From: Candidatus Shapirobacteria bacterium
GTDB lineage: Bacteria; Patescibacteriota; Microgenomatia; UBA12405; JAUWLS01
Length of the DNA: 46,324 bases
Assembly (NCBI GenBank): GCA_030613565.1
Contig: JAUWLS010000004.1
Coordinates: 1-46,324, forward strand
Reading direction: 5' to 3'
How positions within the stretch are numbered: the first letter of the stretch is position 1; the number at the start of each line of letters is the position of its first letter. The notes beneath the pieces are model-generated. The model was given only the letters and a program-made list of their open reading frames with translations, searched no databases and was not told the DNA's origin. The translations under genes were made by a program, and so were the position numbers. Shown here piece by piece: positions 25,403 to 34,805 of the stretch.

Positions 25403-26191
25403 ATGAGCAATGATGTACAAATCGCAATCAAAGGTAGTACTCAAGAGCATCTTCCTCTTGAGGATGTAAAGGATGGGATAGCGATCCTTAAAGATGGGTC
25501 TTGTGCAGCAGTGATGAGATTAAGTTCGGTGAACTTTGATTTACTTTCTGAAAGAGAACAAGAAGCCTTGATTTATGCTTATGGAGGAATTTTAAATTCT
25601 CTAACTTTTCCGATACAGATTATGATTAGATCGAACATCAAGGATGTTTCGGAGTATGTAAAAAGTCTTTTAGAAAAAGAAAGAGAACAGACAAATGAGC
25701 TTTTACAGGAAAAAATAAGGTCTTACAGGAACTTTGTAGAAGAGGTGGTAAAGAAAAACAATGTTTTGACAAAGAGTTTTTATGTAATAGTCCCCTTTTC
25801 TTCACTGGAGTTAGGCCTAAAGGCAGCAAAAGCAATTCCAGGGGGCGGGATTAAGAACATGGGAAAAGAAGATGAAAAATTACCTTATTCAAAAGAACAT
25901 ATTTTAGAGAAAGCGAGAGCGTCATTAGATCCTAAAATAGCCCATGTAATCAGGGTTTTTGGAAGATTGGGGTTACAGGTTAAACAACTGGAAACAAAAG
26001 AGTTGATTCAGCTTTTTTACGAGATTTACAATGAAGATACAGCCAGTGTTCAAAAAATTGAAACTACAAACTACACATCTGTTTCAGTGGAGAGTGTGGG
26101 AATGAAAAGGAAGGAAGAAGTGAAGGCAAAACCAGTGGTGGCGGGTGCGCCGGTTGGCGAAGTTAAAAGTGGGGTGGAGGTGAGGAAATGA
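25403..26191 (+). CDS. VirB4/TraC N-terminal-like T4SS accessory protein
   Basis: STQEHL, VNFDLLSEREQEALI, LNSLTFPIQI, FYVIVP; lies between prgI and virB4. Confidence 0.8.
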   Translation: MSNDVQIAIKGSTQEHLPLEDVKDGIAILKDGSCAAVMRLSSVNFDLLSEREQEALIYAYGGILNSLTFPIQIMIRSNIKDVSEYVKSLLEKEREQTNELLQEKIRSYRNFVEEVVKKNNVLTKSFYVIVPFSSLELGLKAAKAIPGGGIKNMGKEDEKLPYSKEHILEKARASLDPKIAHVIRVFGRLGLQVKQLETKELIQLFYEIYNEDTASVQKIETTNYTSVSVESVGMKRKEEVKAKPVVAGAPVGEVKSGVEVRK

Positions 26192-29154
26192 ATCTTTTTT
26201 CGAAGAAAAAAAAGAAAGAAAAAGCGGTTGAAGGAGATAATTTGAAAACAGGAAGCGCTGCTCTTCCTAAGCAGGGAGAGGTTAAGACTAAGCAAGTGAG
26301 TAGTGCAAAAGCCAAGAATAAGAACAATAAACCTTTTACAGATGGATTGGTGTCGGTTAAAGATATTGTGGCACCATCAGCGGTAGAAGTGGACTTCAAC
26401 CACATGAGAATCAACAACAGATATTACCGAACCTTGTTTGCAGCTGGGTACCCAAGGTTTGTTTCTATGAATTGGCTATCAACATTGATTAACTTTGACC
26501 ATTCTTTGAATGTTTCGATGTATGTGTACCCAACGGATGGAAAAGAAATTTTGGATGATTTGCGTAGAAAAATCGCAGAGATGGAGGCAGAACTTTCAAC
26601 AGATTTACAGAGGGGAAAGGTAATTAATCCCTCAACTAAGGCAAAGTTAGAAGACGCTTTGACTTTGCAGGAGGATTTGGTTAAGGGAGAAGAGAGATTT
26701 TTTCAATTTGGACTCTATGTGACAATTTCAGCGGAGAGTAAGGAAGAATTGGATCAGGTGACTAAGGCTTTGGAATCAAGTTTGGGAGCGCTTTTGATAA
26801 TCACGAAAAAGACGACTTTGCAGATGGAAGAAGGGTTTAAGAGCAGTTTGCCAATTTGTCAGGATACAATTTCTGTAACAAGGAACATGGATACGACTTC
26901 TTTGGCATCAACTTTCCCCTTTGTGTCCTCAGATCTTTCGGATGATAAGGGGATAATGTATGGAATCAATGAACATAACGGGAGTTTGGTGATTTTTGAT
27001 AGATTTGAAATGGAGAACTACAACTCAGTAATTTTTGCTACATCTGGTGCCGGAAAATCCTATTTAGTTAAATTAGAAGCCTTAAGATCTTTAATGTTTG
27101 GATCAGAAGTGTTGGTGATTGATCCGGAAAATGAGTACGAGAATCTTTGCGAGTCAGTGGGGGGGCAATATGTGGCGTTTGGATATGATGAAAAGTCGAA
27201 GATTAACCCTTTTGAACTATCAAGCTTTAAGGAAGGTGGAGAGAATGAGTTAACTAGAAAGATCCTTTCTTTACATGCTTTATTTAAAATTGTGATGGGA
27301 GAAATGAACCCAGAAGAAGAAGCAATTTTGGATAGAGCTTTAATGGACTCTTACAAGATGAAGGGGATAACACCAGACCCAGAAACACAGGACAAGGAAC
27401 CACCTTTAATGGAAGATCTTTACAAGGCATTGATTGGAAGAGAGGAAGACATGGCAAAGAGTCTGGCGGCAAGGCTGGAGAGATTTATTAAAGGCTCGAT
27501 GATGGGGATATTTAACAGTCAATCGACGGTGGACTTGAATAATAAGTTTGTGGTGTTTGGAATTAAAAACCTTGAAGAAAGTTTGAGACCAATTGCAATG
27601 CACATTATTCTTGAGTACATCTGGAATAGGGTAAGAAAAGACATGAAAAAGAGGCTTTTGATCGTAGATGAGGCCTGGTTAATGATGCAACACAAGGATT
27701 CGGCGACATTTCTTTATGGAATCACAAAGAGGGCTAGAAAATACTTTTTGGGAGTGACAACAGTTACACAAGATGTGGAAGACTTTTTAAACGCAGATAA
27801 AGGAAAAGCAATCGTGACCAACTCAGCTTTAAGAATTCTTTTAAAACAACATACGGCAGCAATAGATAAGTTAAGTGAAGTGTTTTACCTTTCTGAAGGA
27901 GAAAAACAACTTTTACTGTCGGCAGATGTGGGAGAGGGAATCTTTTTTGCAGGACAGAATCACGTAGCAATTCGCGTGATTGCCTCTGAAGAGGAACATG
28001 ATTTGATTACTTCAAAACCAGAAGATCTTTTGAGAATTAAAGAAGAGAGAAGAAAAAGGGAAATAGAAAAAGAAGGCAGGATGAAAGATTCCGAACAAAA
28101 AAGATTAGAGCTGGTTAAAGAAAAGGCAGCTTTGGAAAACAGGTCGGCAAACATGGAAGAAAGTGAAGTGACACCAGTAAGTGGTCCAAGTATGGATCTT
28201 TTGGGTAATAGTGAAAAAAAGAAAGAACCTGAGATGGTGGAAGAAAAAGTGGTTGTTCCTACGACTCCCCCAGTAAGTCCAGTAGAAAAAACAGAAGAGA
28301 TTCCAATAATAGAAATGCCAAGTCCAGTGAAAGAAGTTGAAGGTCCTCCTGTCAAGATTCCTGAACCAGTAGCAACAGAGGGTCTGAATGTTTCTCCTGC
28401 TCCCACAGTCTCAACAGAAGAAGAAAAACCAATAGAGGATGATCAGACAACTCTGGCTCTAGAAAAAAAGATTGCAGGATTAGAGGAAGAAGAGACAAAG
28501 AGAATAAAAGAGGCTGAAGAGAAGGAAAAAGTAAGGGAGATGGGAGGAAGAGATGTAGGGAGTGGAGTAGGAGGATTAGCAAAAAATAAGGACTTATTTA
28601 CAGGAACTGGCACTAGGGGCGGGATTAAAGGAGGAGGTGACGTTTATAAAGCAAAAACAGATCCGGTGGCTGAGATGAAAAAGAAATTGATAGCGGAACC
28701 AGCTGGAAAAACCAATGTTTCAGATGAAGAAGTAGATAATTTGGCAGAAGTTGTGGTTAATAAAGCGGAAGAAGTTAAGAGTGTTGAGACTCTGACTGCT
28801 CCGGTCAGTGAAAAAGAAAACAAGGCGGGGTCAGGTAAACCAGTGACTGAATTACAGGGAGGAATAAAGCAAAACCCAATACCAGCAGGAGTAAAGCCAG
28901 TGGAAGTTAACCCAGTTGCTCCGGTGAAAAAAGTAGATGAAAAGAAGCCTGTGGTAGCAAAAAGCAAAGATGATGGAAACAAAGGGGGTTTTAATTATTC
29001 AAAAATAGCTCAAGAAGTATGGGGAGAAGATGGAGATAATAACGTAGGGCAAAATGGAAAAGCAAAAGAGAACAAGCCCGTGGCGGGAGGAGGAAAGAAA
29101 GCAGACAGTAAAACAGAGACGGGGAAGATAAAAAGCTATGAAGATCTTTTTTGA
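26188..29154 (+). CDS. virB4: VirB4-like T4SS ATPase with a long low-complexity C-terminal tail
   Basis: Walker A ATSGAGKS, IDPENEY, INPF, Walker B IVDEAW, RARKY, TQD; about 370-aa E/K/P/V-rich tail. Confidence 0.92.
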   Translation: MNLFSKKKKKEKAVEGDNLKTGSAALPKQGEVKTKQVSSAKAKNKNNKPFTDGLVSVKDIVAPSAVEVDFNHMRINNRYYRTLFAAGYPRFVSMNWLSTLINFDHSLNVSMYVYPTDGKEILDDLRRKIAEMEAELSTDLQRGKVINPSTKAKLEDALTLQEDLVKGEERFFQFGLYVTISAESKEELDQVTKALESSLGALLIITKKTTLQMEEGFKSSLPICQDTISVTRNMDTTSLASTFPFVSSDLSDDKGIMYGINEHNGSLVIFDRFEMENYNSVIFATSGAGKSYLVKLEALRSLMFGSEVLVIDPENEYENLCESVGGQYVAFGYDEKSKINPFELSSFKEGGENELTRKILSLHALFKIVMGEMNPEEEAILDRALMDSYKMKGITPDPETQDKEPPLMEDLYKALIGREEDMAKSLAARLERFIKGSMMGIFNSQSTVDLNNKFVVFGIKNLEESLRPIAMHIILEYIWNRVRKDMKKRLLIVDEAWLMMQHKDSATFLYGITKRARKYFLGVTTVTQDVEDFLNADKGKAIVTNSALRILLKQHTAAIDKLSEVFYLSEGEKQLLLSADVGEGIFFAGQNHVAIRVIASEEEHDLITSKPEDLLRIKEERRKREIEKEGRMKDSEQKRLELVKEKAALENRSANMEESEVTPVSGPSMDLLGNSEKKKEPEMVEEKVVVPTTPPVSPVEKTEEIPIIEMPSPVKEVEGPPVKIPEPVATEGLNVSPAPTVSTEEEKPIEDDQTTLALEKKIAGLEEEETKRIKEAEEKEKVREMGGRDVGSGVGGLAKNKDLFTGTGTRGGIKGGGDVYKAKTDPVAEMKKKLIAEPAGKTNVSDEEVDNLAEVVVNKAEEVKSVETLTAPVSEKENKAGSGKPVTELQGGIKQNPIPAGVKPVEVNPVAPVKKVDEKKPVVAKSKDDGNKGGFNYSKIAQEVWGEDGDNNVGQNGKAKENKPVAGGGKKADSKTETGKIKSYEDLF

Positions 29155-29209
29155 TCAAGATAGTTTTTTTTAGGAAAAGATAAGAGTGGTTTGAATGATA
29201 GAATTGGGA

Positions 29210-31762
29210 ATGAATAGAGATGATGTTTTTGCGGGTTTAGAACAGACTTTGGGTCAGGTAAGAAATCAGGTTCGTCCAGGTGTAAATGTAAGAAATATTG
29301 AAGGATTAAATATCCTAGTGATGTTTATTTTGATGGCAAAACAGGGACAAGTTGAAGAAAATCAGGTTCAAGAAAATTTTGAATTAGTTTTAAAAGGTAA
29401 GGTAACGGCGGGGCAAATTGTAAAAGAGGCAGAAGGACTTTTGAAAGAAGGAGGACAAGAAGGAATGGACGCGGTGGTTTTAAACAGAGAGAAACTTTCA
29501 GCTTTGGAAAGTGCACTTTCAGATAGAAAAAGAAGGCAAGAGGAAATGAGAGGAAGGGTGAGGCAAGAAATAGGAGAAGAACTTGAAGAGAGTGAAGTAG
29601 GCAAGATGGTTAGGGTTTTTTCCAGACAAAGAGAGGAAATAAGAGAAGGGATAGAGAGCGAGGTAAAAAAGGTGTTGGAAGAAAGCAATCTTTCAGAAGG
29701 AGAAGAAGCAGCAATCATGGAGGCAATGGTTTCTGAAAATTGGAGGAGTGAAAGCAGGGAAACAAGAGTAAAAGAAGTGGAAGCAAAAGTTAGAGAAATA
29801 GTGAGTAGTGCGGGAGTAGAAATAGAGGAAGGGCAACTAAAGCTGTTGAGAGCGGTGGGAGTAAGGGTGGCAACAGAGGAAAGTATATTGGGACAAAGAG
29901 CTAGAAACAGTGTTAAAACTGGAAAAGAAAAAGGGGTGGGAGCAGGAGGACTTTTGGAGGCGAAAGTTAAAGCTGATACTGGATTCAGAACAACAGGAGA
30001 AAGACTGTTGGAAGAAAGGTTGGGAGGCAAGACTGAAACAGAAATTTATTCTGAAGTTTTGGCTAGATTAGTAGTGGAAGGCAGGGTAGATGATCTGGAA
30101 AGATTGTCAGGAGAGATGGGGATAAAGATAAGACCAGAAGAAATCGAGAGGGTGGGGATATATGACAGTGAAATGGAAAGAATTGAGGGAGCGGTGGCAG
30201 TGGCGACGGCAAGAATCTCAGAGAGAACAGGGATTGGGGTAGATGGGTCAATGGAAATGGTTGAAAGAATAGCAGGATTAGCAGCTCGGGGAGAAAGTGT
30301 GGTGGGTATACATGAGGAGTTAAGGCAAATTAGTCAAAGAAGAGAAAAAATAGAAGGAGAAAGAGGTGGTATAAGAGAATTAAATACAGCTTCCGGAAGA
30401 GGACTTGTAGCAAGAGAGGTGGGTGTTTTTAGAAAACTTGATAAAAGGGTGGGGATAAGTCCGATGGTAAGGGGTTTAAGAGTTAAAAATGAACTTGAGG
30501 GGGCGGTGGAAAGTGATGTAGTCAGGAGGATTGGAGAAACTAATGTGAGGGTGACTTATGGAAGTCCCTTTAAGGGAGAGGAGAAAAAGAAAAGTGTACT
30601 AAGGAAGATAAGTTGGATAGATTTAGAGGCTCATGGCCCTGAGAAAAGAAGGGTGGCGGATCAATTTCTTAATATACTGAGAGTTTCAGAACAGGCACTT
30701 GGTCTTAGTGAAGGAGAAGTTGGTGAAATAGGGATTTTATTGGAAGAATATGGAAATGATCTGATAAAAGCAGAGGAACAATCTTTGGGCTATATAGGAA
30801 GTGGTGAAATAATTGAAGAACTTAGTCAAATAAAAACAGCAGCAAAAACAGCGATAGACTTAGTTCCAGGAGGAGTAAAAAGGGGCGCGGGTGGGGCAGT
30901 GGGAAAGTGGTTTTTTACAAAAACAGCAGTTGGGAGAAAGATTTGGTGGCAGGGAGCCAGGTTTTTAATAAAAAAGTTTGGAAAAGAAGCAGTAAAACAA
31001 GGAGTGAAAGGGATGAGTTCAGCTTTGATAAAAAAAGTGGCAGCTTGGGGAGCAAGTACTTTGGCAGCGGCTCCTTCGGCGGGATTGACTTTGGTAATAA
31101 TGGCAGTGGTAGAGGCAGGAAACTGGATCTGGAATAAAATTAAGAAACCAATAGAGAAATTTGTTTTGGGAATAGCTAGCTTTTTGGGAATAGAGTTTAA
31201 GAGATTAGGATTAAAAGAGAAGTTAATGATCGGAGGAGGAGCTTTAATGGTGGGTGGTCTGGCAGTTCCAGCTTTGGCTTTAGGAGGAGCTTTAATGATC
31301 GGAGGAGGATTACTAACAGGAGGTGGACTGGCAGTTGCTGGAGGAGCTTTAGCAGCTTTTATGGCCAGTTTAGGAGCAGGACTGATGGCAGTGGGGGCCC
31401 CAGTGGCTTTAGCAATAGGAATTACTTTTGGATCAATTTTCTTTTTTCAAAAAGGAGTAATGGACAAGGCAATGATATTGGCTCCTTTAAATGAAGGAAT
31501 GGGGGCGAGTAATAGTCCAGGAGGGCCGATACCAGGACTAGGAGGAGATACAACAGGGACAAGTTGTATGGATCATTTGGCTTGTAGGGTACAGAATATA
31601 TTGGCACAGTGTACTGATAATCAAGGAAGGTCTGTAACAGCTTGGACAAGCAGGACAGATGAAACTGTAGGAAGATGTATGCAGGAGGCAGGAATCCCCA
31701 ACTCAGTAATCAGCACAATGAGCTGGTCAGCTAATCATTATGATTACCTGCAGTGCGTGTGA
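29210..31762 (+). CDS. Large helical protein with glycine-zipper TM segments and the start of a CHAP-like domain (interrupted by TGA)
   Basis: E/R/G-rich helical N-terminal part, Gly/Ala-rich TMs, Cys-rich exported part ending LQCV*; start at ATG 29210 (TAGAAT-5nt-ATG). Confidence 0.8.
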   Translation: MNRDDVFAGLEQTLGQVRNQVRPGVNVRNIEGLNILVMFILMAKQGQVEENQVQENFELVLKGKVTAGQIVKEAEGLLKEGGQEGMDAVVLNREKLSALESALSDRKRRQEEMRGRVRQEIGEELEESEVGKMVRVFSRQREEIREGIESEVKKVLEESNLSEGEEAAIMEAMVSENWRSESRETRVKEVEAKVREIVSSAGVEIEEGQLKLLRAVGVRVATEESILGQRARNSVKTGKEKGVGAGGLLEAKVKADTGFRTTGERLLEERLGGKTETEIYSEVLARLVVEGRVDDLERLSGEMGIKIRPEEIERVGIYDSEMERIEGAVAVATARISERTGIGVDGSMEMVERIAGLAARGESVVGIHEELRQISQRREKIEGERGGIRELNTASGRGLVAREVGVFRKLDKRVGISPMVRGLRVKNELEGAVESDVVRRIGETNVRVTYGSPFKGEEKKKSVLRKISWIDLEAHGPEKRRVADQFLNILRVSEQALGLSEGEVGEIGILLEEYGNDLIKAEEQSLGYIGSGEIIEELSQIKTAAKTAIDLVPGGVKRGAGGAVGKWFFTKTAVGRKIWWQGARFLIKKFGKEAVKQGVKGMSSALIKKVAAWGASTLAAAPSAGLTLVIMAVVEAGNWIWNKIKKPIEKFVLGIASFLGIEFKRLGLKEKLMIGGGALMVGGLAVPALALGGALMIGGGLLTGGGLAVAGGALAAFMASLGAGLMAVGAPVALAIGITFGSIFFFQKGVMDKAMILAPLNEGMGASNSPGGPIPGLGGDTTGTSCMDHLACRVQNILAQCTDNQGRSVTAWTSRTDETVGRCMQEAGIPNSVISTMSWSANHYDYLQCV
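31223..31309 (+). repeat. Intragenic 18-bp direct repeat, 69-bp period, encoding duplicated LMIGGG glycine-zipper units
   Basis: ttaatgatcggaggagga at 31223-31240 and 31292-31309. Confidence 0.8.
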
Positions 31763-32122
31763 TTTAAAGTGGGAGTGGAGCCTTATTTTGACGGAGGATA
31801 CAATGCAGAATGGTTTTCAAGGGAGGCGAATATAAGATCAATTGGATGTTGTAGCATTGAGCCAGAAGAGGCAAGAGCAGGTGACAATGTAGCTTGGGGC
31901 GTGGGGGCAAGTTGTGGTGGGGGGAGTTGTACCAGCAACATTGCCTGTTGCGGTCATATTGGAGTTTTGACGGAAAACTTAGGAAGTGGAGAGGCAGGAA
32001 TAAACTGGTTTTTGTATACGTCAGCCAATGGAGGGAACGGAACAATGTCGACAACAAGAATTAACCCAGCGGACACAGGAAGTGTATTTAGTTGTGATCC
32101 AGCAAGGTGTGTAGGACAATAA
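31763..32122 (+). pseudogene. In-frame C-terminal half of the CHAP-like domain, separated from the upstream ORF by one TGA
   Basis: CAG TGC GTG TGA TTT AAA GTG = QCV*FKV; the frame continues with YNA, ARAGDNVAW, CCGHIGV, TSANG. Confidence 0.75.
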
Positions 32123-32138
32123 AATGTAGAATAAAGAA

Positions 32139-32780
32139 ATGAAAGAATTTTTTAAAAAATATCAAATCATTTTAGGACTAGCCTTTCTGACAGTAGTACT
32201 TTTGATGGTGAAAGTACTTTATGTTGAGAAAGAGGGAGAAAAGTTGATAGTAAAGAAACTGGTTCCAGCAGTGGAGGAAGAGTTTTTTGAAAGAAGAGAT
32301 TTTAAATTTAAGGTTTACTTTTCTCAAGACATAGTAAAAGACTGGGAGAAGTTAAAGTTGACAGTAGAACCAGAGTTAGAATTTAGAAAAAGTTTAGGAG
32401 AAGAACCAGGAGTTTTAGAGGTCTGGGTAAATGGAAAGATAGAAGCAGGAGTAAGGTATAAGTGGAGTGTAAGTTTGAAAAATGAGTTAGTTGGAGAGTG
32501 GGAGTACAGGAGTAGTGATCTAAGTGAGGGAGAAAAAAAGAGCAGAGGTCTGGGTAATCCAGAGCAAATAATAGAAATAGCAGTGGATCAGTATATGAAA
32601 TATCCTTTGCTTGATTACATGCCCTATTCAAATGAAGACTTTTCTTTAAACTATTTAGAACCTTTGAGCTTGATAGTAAAAATTAAAGGAAGTGAAAGAG
32701 AAGCAATAATGGAACAGGTGAAGTATTGGATGAGATCTAAAGGAGTGGATCCAGAGAGTCACACAATAGAGTGGAAGTAA
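32139..32780 (+). CDS. Membrane-anchored hypothetical protein with an Ig-like domain
   Basis: N-terminal TM, KVYFSQDI beta-sandwich, C-terminal YPLLDYMPY...WMRSKGVDPESHTIEW; TAGAAT-5nt-ATG. Confidence 0.75.
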   Translation: MKEFFKKYQIILGLAFLTVVLLMVKVLYVEKEGEKLIVKKLVPAVEEEFFERRDFKFKVYFSQDIVKDWEKLKLTVEPELEFRKSLGEEPGVLEVWVNGKIEAGVRYKWSVSLKNELVGEWEYRSSDLSEGEKKSRGLGNPEQIIEIAVDQYMKYPLLDYMPYSNEDFSLNYLEPLSLIVKIKGSEREAIMEQVKYWMRSKGVDPESHTIEWK

Positions 32781-32805
32781 GAGAGAGGAAGAAAGTTTTT
32801 AGTTT

Positions 32806-33663
32806 TTATTTACCACCTTTTAATTTTTCAGCGCTGGGTTGTTTTTTCAACAACTGTCTTTTTTGTTTTTCTAGTTGTTTGATGTGGGTTTCGGGAGGCA
32901 GGTCTTCTGGCATAGTACCCCCAATATCTTTAATCGACTTTCTAACTTTTTGACCGACAACAGTATGTGCGAAGGTTGCCCTACCCTCACCTTTAACCTT
33001 TTCCCTTCTAAGTTTTTCGTCTGTTTGAGTGATACGAAATAGGTTGGCAGCTAATTCTACTGCTCCTGCCCTGTCGAGGACACTGTCAGAGCCAATCCCT
33101 TTCTTTTTTTGTACACTTTTTGCACTCATTCCATAAAGACCTGAGTATCCTGCGTTATTAAATCTTCCGAAGTTTTTAACCCCTGCTTGATATGCAGTAG
33201 TATTTAGTTCCTTGTTGTGAGTTTTAACCTTGCCTCTTAAAGATAATCTTTGCTCGCCTTCTTCGAGTTGTTGAAATAACTCATGTCTTCTGGTTTGAAT
33301 AGCAAAATAGGTTTGAGCGTTGGCAATTTCTTGTTTACTGGGGTCACCATTTTGAGCTATTAAGTAACAAGCATAACGGGATAATTTGTAGTCTTGAATT
33401 TTCCTCTCTGTTTCTTTTAATGTTCCGGCAGCAATTTTTATCATTTTGCCGATGTCGGCAAAATGATCTTCCGTAACTTGACTGCTTTTGTTGCAGGCTA
33501 TTTTTGCCTTTTTAATAACAATTTTCTCAAAATTACTCCACTTCAGATAACCCAATAGAATCATTAATTCGCGAGCTTCCCAGTACTCAACTCCGTTTTC
33601 ATCAATCTTTTTGATTTCCTCAAAGTTTTTATGTGGTGCTGATATTAGTGATCGGTCTGTCAT
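32806..33663 (-). CDS. dinD: DNA-damage-inducible protein D (Bro-N domain)
   Basis: FEEIK, EYWEARELM..LGY..W, LSRYACYLIAQNGDPSK..IANAQTYFAIQTRR, ELAANLFRITQT, GGTMPEDLP. Confidence 0.93.
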   Translation of the reverse strand: MTDRSLISAPHKNFEEIKKIDENGVEYWEARELMILLGYLKWSNFEKIVIKKAKIACNKSSQVTEDHFADIGKMIKIAAGTLKETERKIQDYKLSRYACYLIAQNGDPSKQEIANAQTYFAIQTRRHELFQQLEEGEQRLSLRGKVKTHNKELNTTAYQAGVKNFGRFNNAGYSGLYGMSAKSVQKKKGIGSDSVLDRAGAVELAANLFRITQTDEKLRREKVKGEGRATFAHTVVGQKVRKSIKDIGGTMPEDLPPETHIKQLEKQKRQLLKKQPSAEKLKGGK

Positions 33664-33683
33664 TTTTTTTAAATATCAAGAAA

Positions 33684-34805
33684 TCAATCTTGGAGTCGAA
33701 CCGGCATGATGATGTGAACAAAAGAAGGGTCCTTAGGGTCAGTAAAGACGCCAGGAGAGAGAGAGTCACCGAGTTTAATCTCTAAGACGTCTGATTTACA
33801 AACGTTTAGGAAATCGAGGATAAAGCGATAGTTAAAAGCAATGTCTAATTCAGGTCCCTCAATCTTTGCTGGGACAGTGGCAGTGTTTTGTCCGACTTGA
33901 GGAGAGTTAGCAGTAAGGACGAGAGAATCTTTTTTGACTTTTACTTTGACAACATTGGCAGACTCGCGAGCAAAGACAGAAGCAAGACGAAGATTTTGAG
34001 TGAGCTCTTCTTTGTCGATGGTGATTTTAATTTTATGATCAGAAGGAAGAATTCTTTCGTAGTCTGGGAAGTTTCCGTCAATTAGCCTGGAAGCAAGAGT
34101 AAGATCAGGAAGAGAGAAAATGACTTGGTTTTCATCTTTGGTAAGACCGATCTTTAGGGCATCTTCGGACTTGGCAAGTTTTATGATTTCTTGAAGAGTT
34201 TTGGCTGGAATCAAGAAAGAGAGTTGGTCTTTTTTACCAATAGACACAGGAGTTTCTAAGGTTAAGTCCTTTAAAGAAAGGCGGTAGCCGTCGGTGGCGA
34301 CCATTCTCAGTTTGTTTTCAAAAAAGTGCCAGTAGACTCCGGTTAAAACGGGACGAGTGTCATCGGTGGCGGCGGAATAAACAATTTGAGGGAGAGTGTC
34401 AGTTAAGAGTTTGGTAGGGATGGAAAAAGATTTTTTGGGATCCATAACTGGAAGTTCAGGAAAGTCTTTGGGGTCTAGGCCGGCAAAAGTGGTTTCAGTT
34501 TGAGGAGAAGTTAATTTCACTTTAAGTTTTTGATCAGTGGCAAAATCTATCTTTCCAGGAGAGAGATAAGAGACATATTCAGCTAATTCTTTGGCAGGGA
34601 GAGTAATGGAGCCTTCTTTTTCTACTTTTGCTCCAAGAGAGAGATTGATGCCGGCTTCGAGGTTGGTGGCAGAGAGATGAAGTCTCCCCTCTTTGGTGGA
34701 AAAGAGAATGTTGCTAAGAATTGGAAGTTGGGTTTTGGTTGAAACAAAGCGAGAAACTGTAGAGAGGGCTTGGTTTAAATTCTCTTGAAGAATGGAGAGA
34801 TTCAT
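33684..34805 (-). CDS. dnaN: DNA polymerase III beta sliding clamp
   Basis: LPILSNI, ATNLE, TRPVLTG, ATDGYRL, GNFPDY, IAFN, IIMPVR. Confidence 0.98.
   Translation of the reverse strand: MNLSILQENLNQALSTVSRFVSTKTQLPILSNILFSTKEGRLHLSATNLEAGINLSLGAKVEKEGSITLPAKELAEYVSYLSPGKIDFATDQKLKVKLTSPQTETTFAGLDPKDFPELPVMDPKKSFSIPTKLLTDTLPQIVYSAATDDTRPVLTGVYWHFFENKLRMVATDGYRLSLKDLTLETPVSIGKKDQLSFLIPAKTLQEIIKLAKSEDALKIGLTKDENQVIFSLPDLTLASRLIDGNFPDYERILPSDHKIKITIDKEELTQNLRLASVFARESANVVKVKVKKDSLVLTANSPQVGQNTATVPAKIEGPELDIAFNYRFILDFLNVCKSDVLEIKLGDSLSPGVFTDPKDPSFVHIIMPVRLQD

Noticed and set aside
27960-30030. Long antisense ORFs (27960-28406, 28644-28982, 29368-30030; similarly 42848-43352)
   Set aside because: S/L/P/F-rich shadows of purine-rich + strand genes, with no motifs or start signals.
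31760-31762. Genome-wide UGA=Gly recoding (code 25) or selenocysteine at the CHAP TGA
   Set aside because: TGA terminates many full-length genes here (galU, pilin, virB4, rnpA, yidD, dnaN) and no other conserved gene has an internal TGA. The codon aligns with a probable Gly, not the catalytic Cys.
24430-32780. Integrative conjugative element or prophage
   Set aside because: No integrase, relaxase, att repeats or phage structural genes seen, and the composition matches the host.
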